Positions 52,280-62,355 are shown, counted from the stretch's first letter. The stretch: DNA of 64,000 nucleotides from Gammaproteobacteria bacterium (GCA_965222155.1 CBDCTH010000012.1:640001-704000), one strand, 5' to 3'. Notes: generated by a model not told the origin, from the letters alone. Made by a program: numbers and translations.

Positions 52280-52648
52280 TTGTTTGATTCAACTACGCCG
52301 GATCAAGACAGCGGTCTTGAAGATGCCGTCTTTGCCGTCAAGGGTAAAAAGCTGCTCTGCCGGGATTGCCGGCACGTTATTACCTATGACAATCAGGAAA
52401 CAACGCGGCAGGGACAGTTTATTCATTACCGCACCAACCCTGCCGGTTATACGTACGAATTCTGCTGTTATGCAACCGCGCCGGGGTGCTCAACCCTGGG
52501 GGTGGCGACGAGCATGCACACCTGGTTCCCGGGCTATAGCTGGAAACTCGCCGCCTGTCAGTCCTGTGCCGCACACCTTGGCTGGCTGTTCGAGGGTGAT
52601 GCTTCATTTTATGGTTTGATCCGGAACAGGTTGGTTCCGGAAGAGTAA
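52280..52648 (+). CDS. Cereblon-family (CULT/yippee Zn-binding) protein
   Basis: CRDC...NPAG...TWFPGYSW..AACQSC..HLGW.F...FYGL. Confidence 0.85.
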   Translation: MFDSTTPDQDSGLEDAVFAVKGKKLLCRDCRHVITYDNQETTRQGQFIHYRTNPAGYTYEFCCYATAPGCSTLGVATSMHTWFPGYSWKLAACQSCAAHLGWLFEGDASFYGLIRNRLVPEE

Positions 52649-52802
52649 ATTCTACGCATTTCACCCGGCTTTCACCTGAATGTGCAGTATAATGGCTCCT
52701 CCCCCAGCCCGCAGATGGCAGTCGCGCCTGTATATCATGGCAGCCTGTATCTGCTTTGTTTTTTTGGGTTGGAGAGGAACCTGAGGACTCTGGTAGCTAA
52801 AT

Positions 52803-54029
52803 ATGGATAATAAATTACATACAAACGAAACCCGTTCCGATAATACCGTTCAAGGGGCATTGGAAGGCGTGCGTGTTCTCGAACTCGGTCAACTTATTGC
52901 CGGTCCGTTCTGCGGACAGTTATTTGCAGACCTGGGCGCAGAGGTGATTAAGATAGAATTACCCGGAAGGGGCGACCCTATGCGGGATTGGGGTAGAGGG
53001 GAACCCCTGTGGTGGCCGGTAATCGCCCGTAACAAGAAATGTATCACCTTGGACGTAAGAACCGAACAAGGCAATGCCATTATCGGAGAACTGGTTGAGC
53101 AAGCGGATATTGTCCTGGAGAACTTCAGACCGGGCACCATGGAGAAATGGGGACTGGGTTACGCCGATCTGGCCAGGATCAACAAGGGCATTATCATGGT
53201 CAGGGTATCCGGCTATGGTCAACATGGTCCTTATTCGGAGCGAGCCGGTTATGGGGGCATCGGCGAAGCCATGGGGGGGTTGCGTTATATCGTCGGCGAT
53301 CCTTCTACGCCGCCAAGTCGCGTCGGCATCAGTATAGGCGATACGCTCGCCGCCATGTTCGCTACCATCGGGGCCTTGTCGGCGCTGCAATTTCGCCAAC
53401 GTACCGGGCAGGGGCAGGTCGTTGATTCGGCTATTTATGAAGCGGTGCTGGGCGTAATGGAGTCCATGGTTCCGGAATACAACCAGCTTGGTATCATCAG
53501 GGAGCGCACCGGTTCGATATTGGAGAAAATTGCTCCGTCGAACGTCTATCCCACGGCGGATAACGATATGATCATCATGGGGGCCAATCAGGACTCAGTG
53601 TTTGCCCGTCTGTGTGAGGCCATGCAACAACCGGAACTGGCAGCGGATGAGAGATTCAGCACCCACATAGCCCGCGGAAAAAACCAGGCAGAACTGGATG
53701 AGTTGATCTTTGCCTGGTCAATAAAATTTACGGCTGATGACCTGCTGGCGCTGCTGGAAAAACACGCTGTGCCGGCGGGACGGATTTATCGCGTCCCCGA
53801 TATGTTGAATGATGAACATTTCAGCGCTCGGGAAAGCATAGTAGACGTGGGCCATCCGAAATATGACAACCTGAAAATGCAAAACGTGTTTCCCCGGTTG
53901 TCGGCCACACCCGGTAACATAAAATGGACCGGTCCTGAGTTGGGGCAACACAACCAGGAAATCTACCAGGAGTTGCTCGACTACAGCCCCTCTGACCTGG
54001 AACGCATGAGTCAGGACAAGATCATATAA
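52803..54029 (+). CDS. CaiB/BaiF family III CoA transferase
   Basis: IAGPFC...DLGAEVIKIE, RNKK, ENFRPG, P.LGQHN. Confidence 0.9.
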   Translation: MDNKLHTNETRSDNTVQGALEGVRVLELGQLIAGPFCGQLFADLGAEVIKIELPGRGDPMRDWGRGEPLWWPVIARNKKCITLDVRTEQGNAIIGELVEQADIVLENFRPGTMEKWGLGYADLARINKGIIMVRVSGYGQHGPYSERAGYGGIGEAMGGLRYIVGDPSTPPSRVGISIGDTLAAMFATIGALSALQFRQRTGQGQVVDSAIYEAVLGVMESMVPEYNQLGIIRERTGSILEKIAPSNVYPTADNDMIIMGANQDSVFARLCEAMQQPELAADERFSTHIARGKNQAELDELIFAWSIKFTADDLLALLEKHAVPAGRIYRVPDMLNDEHFSARESIVDVGHPKYDNLKMQNVFPRLSATPGNIKWTGPELGQHNQEIYQELLDYSPSDLERMSQDKII

Positions 54030-54042
54030 GGACGGTTTATCT

Positions 54043-54138
54043 ACTGGATACTGGTATTCACCAGTATGACGGCGAAGGACTTCGTCATGACAGCGAGGGA
54101 CTTCGTCATGCCGGACAGGGATTGTCCGGTATCCAGTC
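54043..54138. repeat. GTCAT-type REP cluster between convergent genes
   Basis: ACTGGATACTGG..CCAGTATGACG, tandem GGACTTCGTCATG, GTCATGCCGGAC..GTCCGGTATCCAGT. Confidence 0.6.
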
Positions 54139-54168
54139 ACAGGGACGTAAAGGTCGGGGGGAGCAGGC

Positions 54169-55185
54169 TCAGGTATACTCCCTGATGAGTTCGCACAGAG
54201 CAGCGATATGCCGGGGGCGGTCGTTCAGGGCAGGGATGTAAGTAAATTTTTCCCCACCGGCGGACAGAAAAAAATCCCTGTTCCGTATTTCAATTTCTTC
54301 CAGTGTTTCAAGGCAATCTGCCGCAAATCCAGGGCAGATTACCTGTACGTGTTCGATACCGGTCTTACCCCATTCCTGCAGCAGCTTGTCCGTATAAGGC
54401 TGTAACCATTCGCGGGGACCGAAACGAGACTGGAACGATACTTCCCAGCGATTTTTATCCAGTTCCAGCTGTCCGGCCACAAGATGCGCGGTTGCATGGC
54501 ATTCATCAGAATAAGGATCCCCGGCAAGAACATAATCCTTGGGTAAACCGTGAAATGAAAACAGCAGTTTATCCGCTTTGCCGGATTGCGCCCACTGCGC
54601 GCGGATGCTTTCTGCCAGGGCATCAATGTAGCCGGGATCATCATGGTAGCTTGTGATCATGCGTAACTGGGGGATACGGCGCCAGGTTTTCAGCACGGCG
54701 GCAACCGCATCGAATGTCGACGCCGTTGTCGCGGCTGAATACTGCGGGTACAGGGGCAGGATCAGCAGTTTCTTCAGGTTGTAGCTGCGCAGTTTCTCCA
54801 GGGTCGACCGGATCGACGGGTTGCCGTAACGCATACCCAGCTCTATGCGGTATGATGCTTCGGCGCTTTCACCCAGCGCCGACCGGATAGCCCGGCATTG
54901 TTTTTCCGATATGACCAGCAGGGGCGAGCCTGCTTCAGTCCATACTTCACGGTAAGCCCTGGCGGAACGACGCGGACGCAGCCTGAGAATGAAACCGTGC
55001 AATATGGGCCACCAGAGTAACCTTGGCGTTTCAATGACCCGTGGGTCCGATAAAAACTCCGCCAGGTATTTTCTCAGCGCGGCCGGCGTCGGCGCGTCGG
55101 GCGTCCCAAGATTGGTAACAAGAATCCCGGTGGTCGTCGGCGTATCGTATTTGAACTCGGGGTTGCCGCTGTATCTAGCCCGCAT
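54169..55185 (-). CDS. hemH: Ferrochelatase; current ATG is in a MITE TIR
   Basis: NLGTP, LPLYPQYS..TT, FSFHG, FQSRFG, DCLETLEEI. Confidence 0.96.
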   Translation of the reverse strand: MRARYSGNPEFKYDTPTTTGILVTNLGTPDAPTPAALRKYLAEFLSDPRVIETPRLLWWPILHGFILRLRPRRSARAYREVWTEAGSPLLVISEKQCRAIRSALGESAEASYRIELGMRYGNPSIRSTLEKLRSYNLKKLLILPLYPQYSAATTASTFDAVAAVLKTWRRIPQLRMITSYHDDPGYIDALAESIRAQWAQSGKADKLLFSFHGLPKDYVLAGDPYSDECHATAHLVAGQLELDKNRWEVSFQSRFGPREWLQPYTDKLLQEWGKTGIEHVQVICPGFAADCLETLEEIEIRNRDFFLSAGGEKFTYIPALNDRPRHIAALCELIREYT

Positions 55186-55513
55186 TTCTCACCAGTTGAT
55201 GCGATGATCGCGCAGGATTTTTGATGTGCGCCTTCCATGGCGCACACCCTACGGGCGCCCTGCGGGCGTCCAAATCTGCTCCGGGCAGATTTGTGACCGC
55301 TAGCGGGTGCCGGAGCCTGCCCCGTACTTGATACGGGGATCGAAAGCATAGCTGTAGCTCTGGTTGAGGGAGCATGTGCCCGCTGGCGGCAAAAAGACAA
55401 GCGAGGGCGCATCAAGCGCAGTCTGTTATGTTGATATAGTGAATAGATTATCATAACGTATTGACAGCAAACAACTAGCCGATGACGACAAGCGAACTGG
55501 TGAGAAATGCGGG
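55179..55513. mobile_element. MITE copy 6, inserted in the first codons of hemH
   Basis: TIR CCCGCATTTCTCACCAGTT / AACTGGTGAGAAATGCGGG; flanks CTAG/CTGA; orphaned ATG at 55521-55519. Confidence 0.87.
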
Positions 55514-55625
55514 CTGATCATCTGTTGTCGTTACAACTCTGCCGTACTCGCGTCATTATGGGTTAGTCCTGAAAACTTCACCAGTGGTTCCGGCTTGGGA
55601 CAGACTCCGTTTCTCGCCCCGTACT

Positions 55626-55662
55626 ATATAAAATAACTATCGACAGAATAGATATAATCAAA
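55626..55662 (+). promoter_or_regulatory. Putative OxyR binding site upstream of catalase
   Basis: ATAT-N7-CTAT-N7-ATAG-N7-CAAA versus consensus ATAG-N7-CTAT-N7-ATAG-N7-CTAT. Confidence 0.6.
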
Positions 55663-55733
55663 TTTATTTATTAAACGAGTGTATCTATACTCCTGTCTAA
55701 ATCAATAACATTCATTTTGGACGGAGGTGGTAT

Positions 55734-57224
55734 ATGAAACACAAAACCTTGACAACGTCATCAGGCGCACCCATCGCCGATGATCAGAATTCACTGACTG
55801 CCGGACCTCGCGGGCCAGTGCTGATGCAGGACTGGCAGTTAATCGAAAAACTCGCGCATTTCAATCGGGAACGCATCCCTGAGCGTGTTGTTCACGCCAA
55901 GGGGACCGGTGCCTACGGCACGTTTACCCTGAAAAAAGACCTGTCGGATTACACCGTTGCCGAGTACCTTAACGGCGCGTATAAACAATCGGAAGTATTC
56001 GTGCGTTTTTCAACCGTAGGCGGGGAAAGCGGATCGGCCGATGCGGAGCGTGACCCGCGTGGATTTGCCGTCAAGTTTTATACCCGGGAAGGTAACCACG
56101 ATATAGTCGGCAACAATACACCGGTCTTCTTCCTGCGCGACCCGAGCAAATTCCCCGATTTCATTCATACGCAAAAACGCAACCCGGTGACTAACTGCAA
56201 GGACCCGGAAGCGGTATGGGATTTCTGGGCATTGAATCCGCAGGCCATGCACCAGGTCACCATCCTGTTTTCCGATCGGGGTGTACCGGCCGATTACCGG
56301 CACATGAACGGCTACGGTTCCCACACCTATTCAATGTGGAACAACAAGGGAGAACGTTTCTGGGTGAAATGGCATTTCAAGACACAACAGGGAATAAAAT
56401 GTCTGACGGAAGCGGAAGCGCGGGAAACGTGCGGTCAAGACCCCGACCACGCGCAACGGGACCTGGTCGCGGCCATAAAGAGTAAAAACTATCCCAGGTG
56501 GACGGTTAACATTCAGGTCATGCAGGAAAAACAGGCTGAGACCTATGCAATCAATCCATTTGACTTGACCAAGGTATGGCCGCACAAGGATTTTCCGTTG
56601 ATTGAAATCGGCGAGTTGGAGTTGAGCCGTAACGTTGACAATTATTTTGCGGAAACCGAGCAGTCTGCTTTTGCGCCCAGCAACCTGGTTCCGGGTATCG
56701 GCGCCTCACCTGACAAAATGTTACAGGCCCGGCTGTTTGCCTACCAGGATGCGCACCGGTACCGCATCGGAGCTAATTATAATGATCTGCCGGTGAATTA
56801 CCCTCGTGCGTCCGGCGCGGAAAATTACCAGCGCGCCAGCGCTATGGCGGGCACAAAATGCCCGTTTGATCATGGACGCATCAACAGTGGCGCTGCTGAC
56901 GTCAACTACGGGCCAAATTCAAAAGGCGGCCCGGAGGAAAAACCCCAGTACCATGAACCGCCTTTGAGGCTCGACGCCACAATGATTGAACGCCATGATC
57001 ATCGCGCCGGAGCGGATGATTATTCCCAGGCCGGCGCCTTGTTCCGACTCATGACGGATGATCAGCAACAGCAAATTGCAAATAATATTGCCGGCAGTCT
57101 GGGGCAGGCCTCACAGGAAGTACAGGAACACATGTTCGTGCACTTCGATAAGTGTGACCGGCAATATGGCCGGATGGTTCGGGACGCGATTTCCATGCAA
57201 ACCGAACTGGCGCAGGCATCCTGA
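55734..57224 (+). CDS. katA: Monofunctional heme catalase (small subunit)
   Basis: FNRERIPERVVHAKG, VGNNTPVFF, RLFAYQDAHRYR. Confidence 0.95.
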   Translation: MKHKTLTTSSGAPIADDQNSLTAGPRGPVLMQDWQLIEKLAHFNRERIPERVVHAKGTGAYGTFTLKKDLSDYTVAEYLNGAYKQSEVFVRFSTVGGESGSADAERDPRGFAVKFYTREGNHDIVGNNTPVFFLRDPSKFPDFIHTQKRNPVTNCKDPEAVWDFWALNPQAMHQVTILFSDRGVPADYRHMNGYGSHTYSMWNNKGERFWVKWHFKTQQGIKCLTEAEARETCGQDPDHAQRDLVAAIKSKNYPRWTVNIQVMQEKQAETYAINPFDLTKVWPHKDFPLIEIGELELSRNVDNYFAETEQSAFAPSNLVPGIGASPDKMLQARLFAYQDAHRYRIGANYNDLPVNYPRASGAENYQRASAMAGTKCPFDHGRINSGAADVNYGPNSKGGPEEKPQYHEPPLRLDATMIERHDHRAGADDYSQAGALFRLMTDDQQQQIANNIAGSLGQASQEVQEHMFVHFDKCDRQYGRMVRDAISMQTELAQAS

Positions 57225-57927
57225 CGCGGGCGAGACGGAGAGCGGGAATTCGGAAACAGGTTTGAGTTTGGAGCAAGGTGTTTTTAACGAGCACATAGCC
57301 GTCGACGTAGGCAACCGGGCAGTGGCCACACTCCTGGTGGAAAAGCTGTGCGCGACACTGATTCTGGCCAACTACTCCCGGCTTGTTGTTGACCTGAATC
57401 GCGATCCGGACGACCCCACCGCGTTCATTCCGGAGAGCGACGGCGTGGACATACCGGGTAATCAAAATCTTGGCGCCGCGGAAAAGCAGCGACGAGGTAA
57501 TTCAATTCACCGGCCTTATCACGATGCCATAGACGGTTTGATCGACGATTTTCTGAGGCAGGGTACCGTACCCGTCATTATCAGCGTCCACAGTTTCACG
57601 CCTGTACTGGCAGGGCAGCGCCGTCCCTGGCATATCGGTGTGCTATGGGACAAGGACCCGCGCATCGCACTCCCCCTGCTGACAAGGCTCAGGCAGCATC
57701 GGGATTTGATCGTCGGCGACAATGAGCCTTATTCAGGCCATCACCTTGCCGATTATACGGTTGATCACCATGGGGAGGGCAGGGGACTTGCCAACGTTTC
57801 CATTGAAATACGGCAGGATCTCGTGTGTGATATGTCCGGTGTTGAACAATGGACGGCGCTCCTCGTCGAAGCCTTGTCGGAGATACTGGCCGATGAGACG
57901 CTGTATCAATATTTGGGGTCAGAGTAA
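57225..57927 (+). pseudogene. N-formylglutamate amidohydrolase, apparently 5'-truncated
   Basis: HIAVDVG, YSRLVVDLNR, SVHSFTP, DNEPYS, IEIRQD present; N-terminal CDHAS-type motif not seen; upstream ORF extension overlaps the catalase out of frame. Confidence 0.6.
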
Positions 57928-57991
57928 AAATACGTAACAATGGACCTGCAACACCAATCGACGGACGTATTTTTACTCCGACCCCAAATAT
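57909..57991. repeat. REPIN-like hairpin, copy D, overlapping both flanking stop codons
   Basis: ATATTTGGGGTCAGAGTAAAAATACGT ... ACGTATTTTTACTCCGACCCCAAATAT. Confidence 0.82.
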
Positions 57992-60459
57992 CTGAGCGCC
58001 AGCACAGGTGGCGTGGATAAAACCTTGTATGTCCCGGCCAGTCCGGCGATGACGATAATCGATGTACAGAGTATCGGTGTGATTAGCCAGACCCAAGGGT
58101 TAATCACGACATCCATGTTAAAGACATATTCAGCCAGTAATATTTCTGCAACGGTGGCGGTCAACCCTGCAATAACTCCAGCAATCAGCCCGAGACAAGC
58201 AAACTCCGCCAGTAAACCGGCCAGTACCTGAGCGCGCCCCGCGCCCAGAGTCATTAACAGGGCAGTTTCGTGCCTGCGCTCATCATGGGTGGTTTGCAAC
58301 GCGGCAAGCAAGACAATGAGCCCGGCCAGCAAGGTAAAACCGGCAACAAATTCCACTGCCAGCACCACCTGTTCCATGATCTTTCGAACCTGTTTGAGAA
58401 TGGCGTCCACGTCGAAGACGGTGACGCTCGGCCAGGCCTTGACGAGGTCGGTGAGCAGTTGCTTTTTTTCAGCAGGTAAATAGAAACTGGTAATATGGGT
58501 AGTTGGGTAATCATCCAGTGTACCCGGGTTGGCAACGACGAAAAAATTCACGTTGAACGTATCCCAGTCAACCCACCTGGTATTGGCAACCGTACCAATC
58601 ACCGTGTTATCGGCAATTTTGAACTCAAGCCGGTCGCCCAGGGAAATCCCCAGGGTATCCGCGAACTCTTCTTCAAAGGAAAACAGGTTCTCATCGGTAG
58701 CATTCCACCATTCGCCGGTCAGCAGGCGGTTATCATCCTGCAATGTTTCCGCGGTGGATAAATTGAATGTCCGCCGGGCAAAACGTTTTGCCCGTTCATC
58801 GGTGTAGTCGTCGGTGTTAACCGTCCTGTCATTAACGCTCGTCAGTCGGGCTCGGATCAACGGATACGAGCGCGTCACAAGGCCGGTCCGCTCCCTGATA
58901 AACTCCCTGACCGCGTCCACCTCATCCGGCTGGATGTTAATGAGGAAGTAGTTGGGGGTATCGGCAGGCAATCGATTGCGCCAGTTCGCCAGGAGATCGG
59001 TCCGGATCAGCGTCAGCAGGGTAAGTAGCATCACACCGAGACTGATAGCGAGGATTTGCGCAGTGCTCAGGCCGGCCCGGCGAACGATATTTGCCAAGCC
59101 GAATCGGGCCGCGACGCCTACTCCCGACCTCAGTCCGGTCAACCGGCGAATAGCCAGCCGAGCCGCCAGAAACGCTGCCAAAGCGGTGAGCGCCAGTCCG
59201 CAGAAACCATAGACAAACAGCTTCCCACTGCCGGATTGCCACAGGGCCAATAACAACAGACAGCCAACGGCTGCCAGGTAAATTCCCAGGTTGTTCAACG
59301 GCAACGGCGTCAGGTCGCGCCTCAGCACCCTCAGCGGGGTGACATTTTTCAGACGCAGAATTTGCGGCATGGCAAAACCGAGCGCCGTCAATACACCGGC
59401 TGCCAGGCCGCTGAGCACAGGGGCCGGGGATGGCGCCGGTAATGGTCTTGACACCAGATCGTTCATCAGTACGGTCAGGCCGGTCTGTCCCAGGTAGCCC
59501 AGCCCGCAGCCGATTGCGCTACAGATCAAGGCCGTGATAAACAACTGGATGAGATACAGCTTGACGACCGTATCCGGGCCGGCGCCGAAGCAGCGCATGA
59601 TGGCGCAATTATCATAGTGTCTGACCGCATAGCGTTGCGCCGACAGTGCGACCGCCAGCCCGGCCAGGGCGATGCTGGCCAGCACGGCAAGCCCCAGGAA
59701 TTGCTCGGCCCGGTCCAGGGCGGTGCGCAGTTCGGGCCTGGCGTCACGGATACCCCGTACCTCATATTCAGGGTGATCGTCGATCAGGGAACGAAATCCG
59801 GTCACTGCCTCGCCTGCCCCGGCCAGCAAGAGTCGGTATGTCACCCGGCTGCCGGGCAGAATAAGGCCGGTGGCTTCAAGGTCCGCGAGATTCATCAGCA
59901 ATCTCGGCGCAATATTGAACATATCACCGCCGCGATCGGGTTCATAAGTCAGGACCTTGGCCGCAGGCAGGGTTGACTCACCCAGGTTGATTCGAGTGCC
60001 GACGCGCAAATCCAGCAATTGAAACAGTCTTGGGTCGAGCCAGACGGCGCCCTGTTGCGGGATGGCGTCGGCGCCGTATTCCATGGCAAACAACTCATCT
60101 GAAACCTGCAGCCGGCCCCGTAACGGGTAACCGGTTTGCACTGCCTTGACCTGCGCCAGTTCGAGTTTTCCGGCATGGACGACAACACTGGAGAAACTGG
60201 CAGTGAGCGCCGTGTTCAAACCCAGGTCTTGCGCGTGCTCGATAAATTCCTGTTTGAACGGTTCTGCCGAGCTCACGACCAGGTCTGCGGCAAGCAGTTC
60301 GGTGGCCTGGATTTCCGTCACCTGGTTCACTCTATCGGTAAAGAAATCAACGGATGTCAGGCTTGCGACGGCAATGATCAGGGCCAGGCCGAGCAGGCGC
60401 AGTTCTCCGCCCCGCCAATCCCGGCCAAGCTGCGAAAGTGATAATTTAACCAGGGACAT
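57973..60459 (-). CDS. ybbP: ABC transporter permease (YbbP/FtsX-like)
   Basis: RDWRGGEL, YPLRG.L, PNYFLINIQP, VNFF; follows ybbA. Confidence 0.85.
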   Translation of the reverse strand: MSLVKLSLSQLGRDWRGGELRLLGLALIIAVASLTSVDFFTDRVNQVTEIQATELLAADLVVSSAEPFKQEFIEHAQDLGLNTALTASFSSVVVHAGKLELAQVKAVQTGYPLRGRLQVSDELFAMEYGADAIPQQGAVWLDPRLFQLLDLRVGTRINLGESTLPAAKVLTYEPDRGGDMFNIAPRLLMNLADLEATGLILPGSRVTYRLLLAGAGEAVTGFRSLIDDHPEYEVRGIRDARPELRTALDRAEQFLGLAVLASIALAGLAVALSAQRYAVRHYDNCAIMRCFGAGPDTVVKLYLIQLFITALICSAIGCGLGYLGQTGLTVLMNDLVSRPLPAPSPAPVLSGLAAGVLTALGFAMPQILRLKNVTPLRVLRRDLTPLPLNNLGIYLAAVGCLLLLALWQSGSGKLFVYGFCGLALTALAAFLAARLAIRRLTGLRSGVGVAARFGLANIVRRAGLSTAQILAISLGVMLLTLLTLIRTDLLANWRNRLPADTPNYFLINIQPDEVDAVREFIRERTGLVTRSYPLIRARLTSVNDRTVNTDDYTDERAKRFARRTFNLSTAETLQDDNRLLTGEWWNATDENLFSFEEEFADTLGISLGDRLEFKIADNTVIGTVANTRWVDWDTFNVNFFVVANPGTLDDYPTTHITSFYLPAEKKQLLTDLVKAWPSVTVFDVDAILKQVRKIMEQVVLAVEFVAGFTLLAGLIVLLAALQTTHDERRHETALLMTLGAGRAQVLAGLLAEFACLGLIAGVIAGLTATVAEILLAEYVFNMDVVINPWVWLITPILCTSIIVIAGLAGTYKVLSTPPVLALRYLGSE

Positions 60460-60483
60460 TGATGTTTGTGATATCTGAATATC

Positions 60484-61161
60484 TCAGGTTAAGCGGCCGC
60501 CGGCGAGAGTCAACTTTCTGGAACAGTGGCCCGCCACAGTTGGATCATGGGTGACCAGGATCAGGGTGGTGCCGTTCTCCGAATTAAGGTGAAACAATAA
60601 ATCCACGACTTGTACTGCCGTTTCCTGATCCAGGTTGCCGGTCAGTTCATCGGCGAACAGCACCAGCGGTGTGCCGGCAAAGGCCCTGGCTATGGCGACC
60701 CGTTGTTGTTCACCGCCGGATAACTGGTTCGGGTAGTGGGCGGTTCGAGCCGCCAATCCGACCCTGGCCAGTTGCGCCTGCGCCAAAGCCCGTGCGTCGC
60801 CGTTCCCTGCCAGTTCCAACGGCAACATGACGTTTTCCAGAGCGGTCAGGCCCTGCAATAACTGGAATGATTGAAACACGAAACCCACCCGCCGGTTGCG
60901 CAACTTTGCCCTGCCGGCTTCATCCAGCGTGGTCAGGTCCGTGTTGTCCAGGATGACTCTGCCGTTTGTCGGCAGGTCCAGGCCTGCCAGTATGCCGATC
61001 AGCGTCGACTTGCCGGAACCGGATACGCCCGTTATCGCCAGGCTCTCTCCAAATTTGATTTTAAGGTTGATATTGTCCAGGATAGTCAGGCTGCCGGCAG
61101 GGCCGATGACCCTTTTGCCCAGATTTTCCGCCCGGATAACATAATTTGAGGTTTGTTCCAT
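60484..61161 (-). CDS. ybbA: ABC transporter ATP-binding protein
   Basis: [31 protein letters not shown]. Confidence 0.88.
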   Translation of the reverse strand: MEQTSNYVIRAENLGKRVIGPAGSLTILDNINLKIKFGESLAITGVSGSGKSTLIGILAGLDLPTNGRVILDNTDLTTLDEAGRAKLRNRRVGFVFQSFQLLQGLTALENVMLPLELAGNGDARALAQAQLARVGLAARTAHYPNQLSGGEQQRVAIARAFAGTPLVLFADELTGNLDQETAVQVVDLLFHLNSENGTTLILVTHDPTVAGHCSRKLTLAGGRLT

Positions 61162-61783
61162 GTTCAGGTTGATTATTTTTATAGTGAGTTTGATACTACC
61201 ATTGTCCGCGCCCGGTTCCGAAAAAACCATCCTGGTTCTGGGTGACAGCCTGAGCGCCGCCCACGGTATTGACGCACAAGCGGGCTGGGTGGCCCAATTA
61301 CGGCAGCGACTAAGCCGCGCCGACTACCGCTATGAAGTCACTAACGCCAGTATCAGCGGTGAAACCACCCATGGGGCGAATACCCGTCTCGACCTCATTT
61401 TAAAAGAGACAACACCGGATATCACCATCGTTGAACTGGGCGGTAATGATGGGCTGAGGGGTATTCCCCTGGCGGAAATCAAGGCTAATCTGACCAGTAT
61501 TATAGAGAAGATTTCTGCCGCTGACAGCAGCATTGTCCTGGTGGAGATGCTGCTGCCGCCAAATTACGGCGCGGCCTATATAGAAGAATTTGTAACCATA
61601 TACAAAAGCTTGGCCTTGAAGGATAATGTTATTCTGACCCCGTTTATTCTGGATAATATTGCCGGTGACCCGGATTTAATGCAGAGTGACGGCATTCACC
61701 CGACAGCCAAGGCTCAGGAAATAATGTTGGACAATATTTGGCCGCATCTTAATTCGCTGCTGGCAACGGATACCGGTCGATGA
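61160..61783 (+). CDS. tesA: Acyl-CoA thioesterase I / arylesterase (SGNH)
   Basis: GDSLS, NASISGETT, ELGGNDGLRG, DGIHP. Confidence 0.9.
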   Translation: MFRLIIFIVSLILPLSAPGSEKTILVLGDSLSAAHGIDAQAGWVAQLRQRLSRADYRYEVTNASISGETTHGANTRLDLILKETTPDITIVELGGNDGLRGIPLAEIKANLTSIIEKISAADSSIVLVEMLLPPNYGAAYIEEFVTIYKSLALKDNVILTPFILDNIAGDPDLMQSDGIHPTAKAQEIMLDNIWPHLNSLLATDTGR

Positions 61784-62355
61784 ATTACTGTAATGACTGT
61801 GGCGCCCAGGTAGTACAGAAGATACCACCCGATGATAATCGGTTGCGCTTTGTATGCGCTTCCTGCGATACGGTTCACTATCAGAATCCGAAGATAGTCG
61901 CCGGTTGCATTCCCGTATGGGAGGACAAGGTGCTGCTGTGCAAACGCGCTATTGAACCCCGTTACGGCTACTGGACCCTGCCCGCGGGTTTCATGGAATT
62001 GGGCGAGACCTCCCATGCCGCCGCACTCAGGGAGACTCTGGAAGAGGCCAATGCCCGGGTTGAGATAATCAACCTGTTTGCATTGTTCAACCTGCCCCAC
62101 GTCAACCAGATTTACCTGATGTTCAACTCCAATCTTATGGATCTGAATTTCTCCGCCGGCGATGAGAGCCAGGAAGTGGCGTTGCTTTCCCGGGATGAGA
62201 TCCCATGGGAACAACTGGCCTTCACCACGATCCGCTACACACTGGAATTTTTCTTTGAAGATCAAAAAAACGACAGCCACCGGCTGCATACGGGAGATAT
62301 TATCCGTAACAGCTCAAGCCACGAATTCCTGACCGGCCCGGAAACCCGGTATTGA
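61780..62355 (+). CDS. NUDIX hydrolase with N-terminal Zn ribbon
   Basis: CNDCG...CASC, YQNPKIV, GFMELGE....A.RET.EEA. Confidence 0.9.
   Translation: MNYCNDCGAQVVQKIPPDDNRLRFVCASCDTVHYQNPKIVAGCIPVWEDKVLLCKRAIEPRYGYWTLPAGFMELGETSHAAALRETLEEANARVEIINLFALFNLPHVNQIYLMFNSNLMDLNFSAGDESQEVALLSRDEIPWEQLAFTTIRYTLEFFFEDQKNDSHRLHTGDIIRNSSSHEFLTGPETRY

Noticed and set aside
57058-57224. N-terminal extension of the amidohydrolase ORF overlapping the catalase
   Set aside because: Alternative-frame read of the catalase 3' end with no family similarity
55602-57242. Imperfect inverted repeats flanking the catalase (CTCCGTTTCTCGCCCCGT vs ACGCGGGCGAGACGGAG)
   Set aside because: Needs gaps to align and has no target duplication; may be chance
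61159-61162. Head-to-head overlapping starts of ybbA and tesA
   Set aside because: Known conserved arrangement, also seen in E. coli
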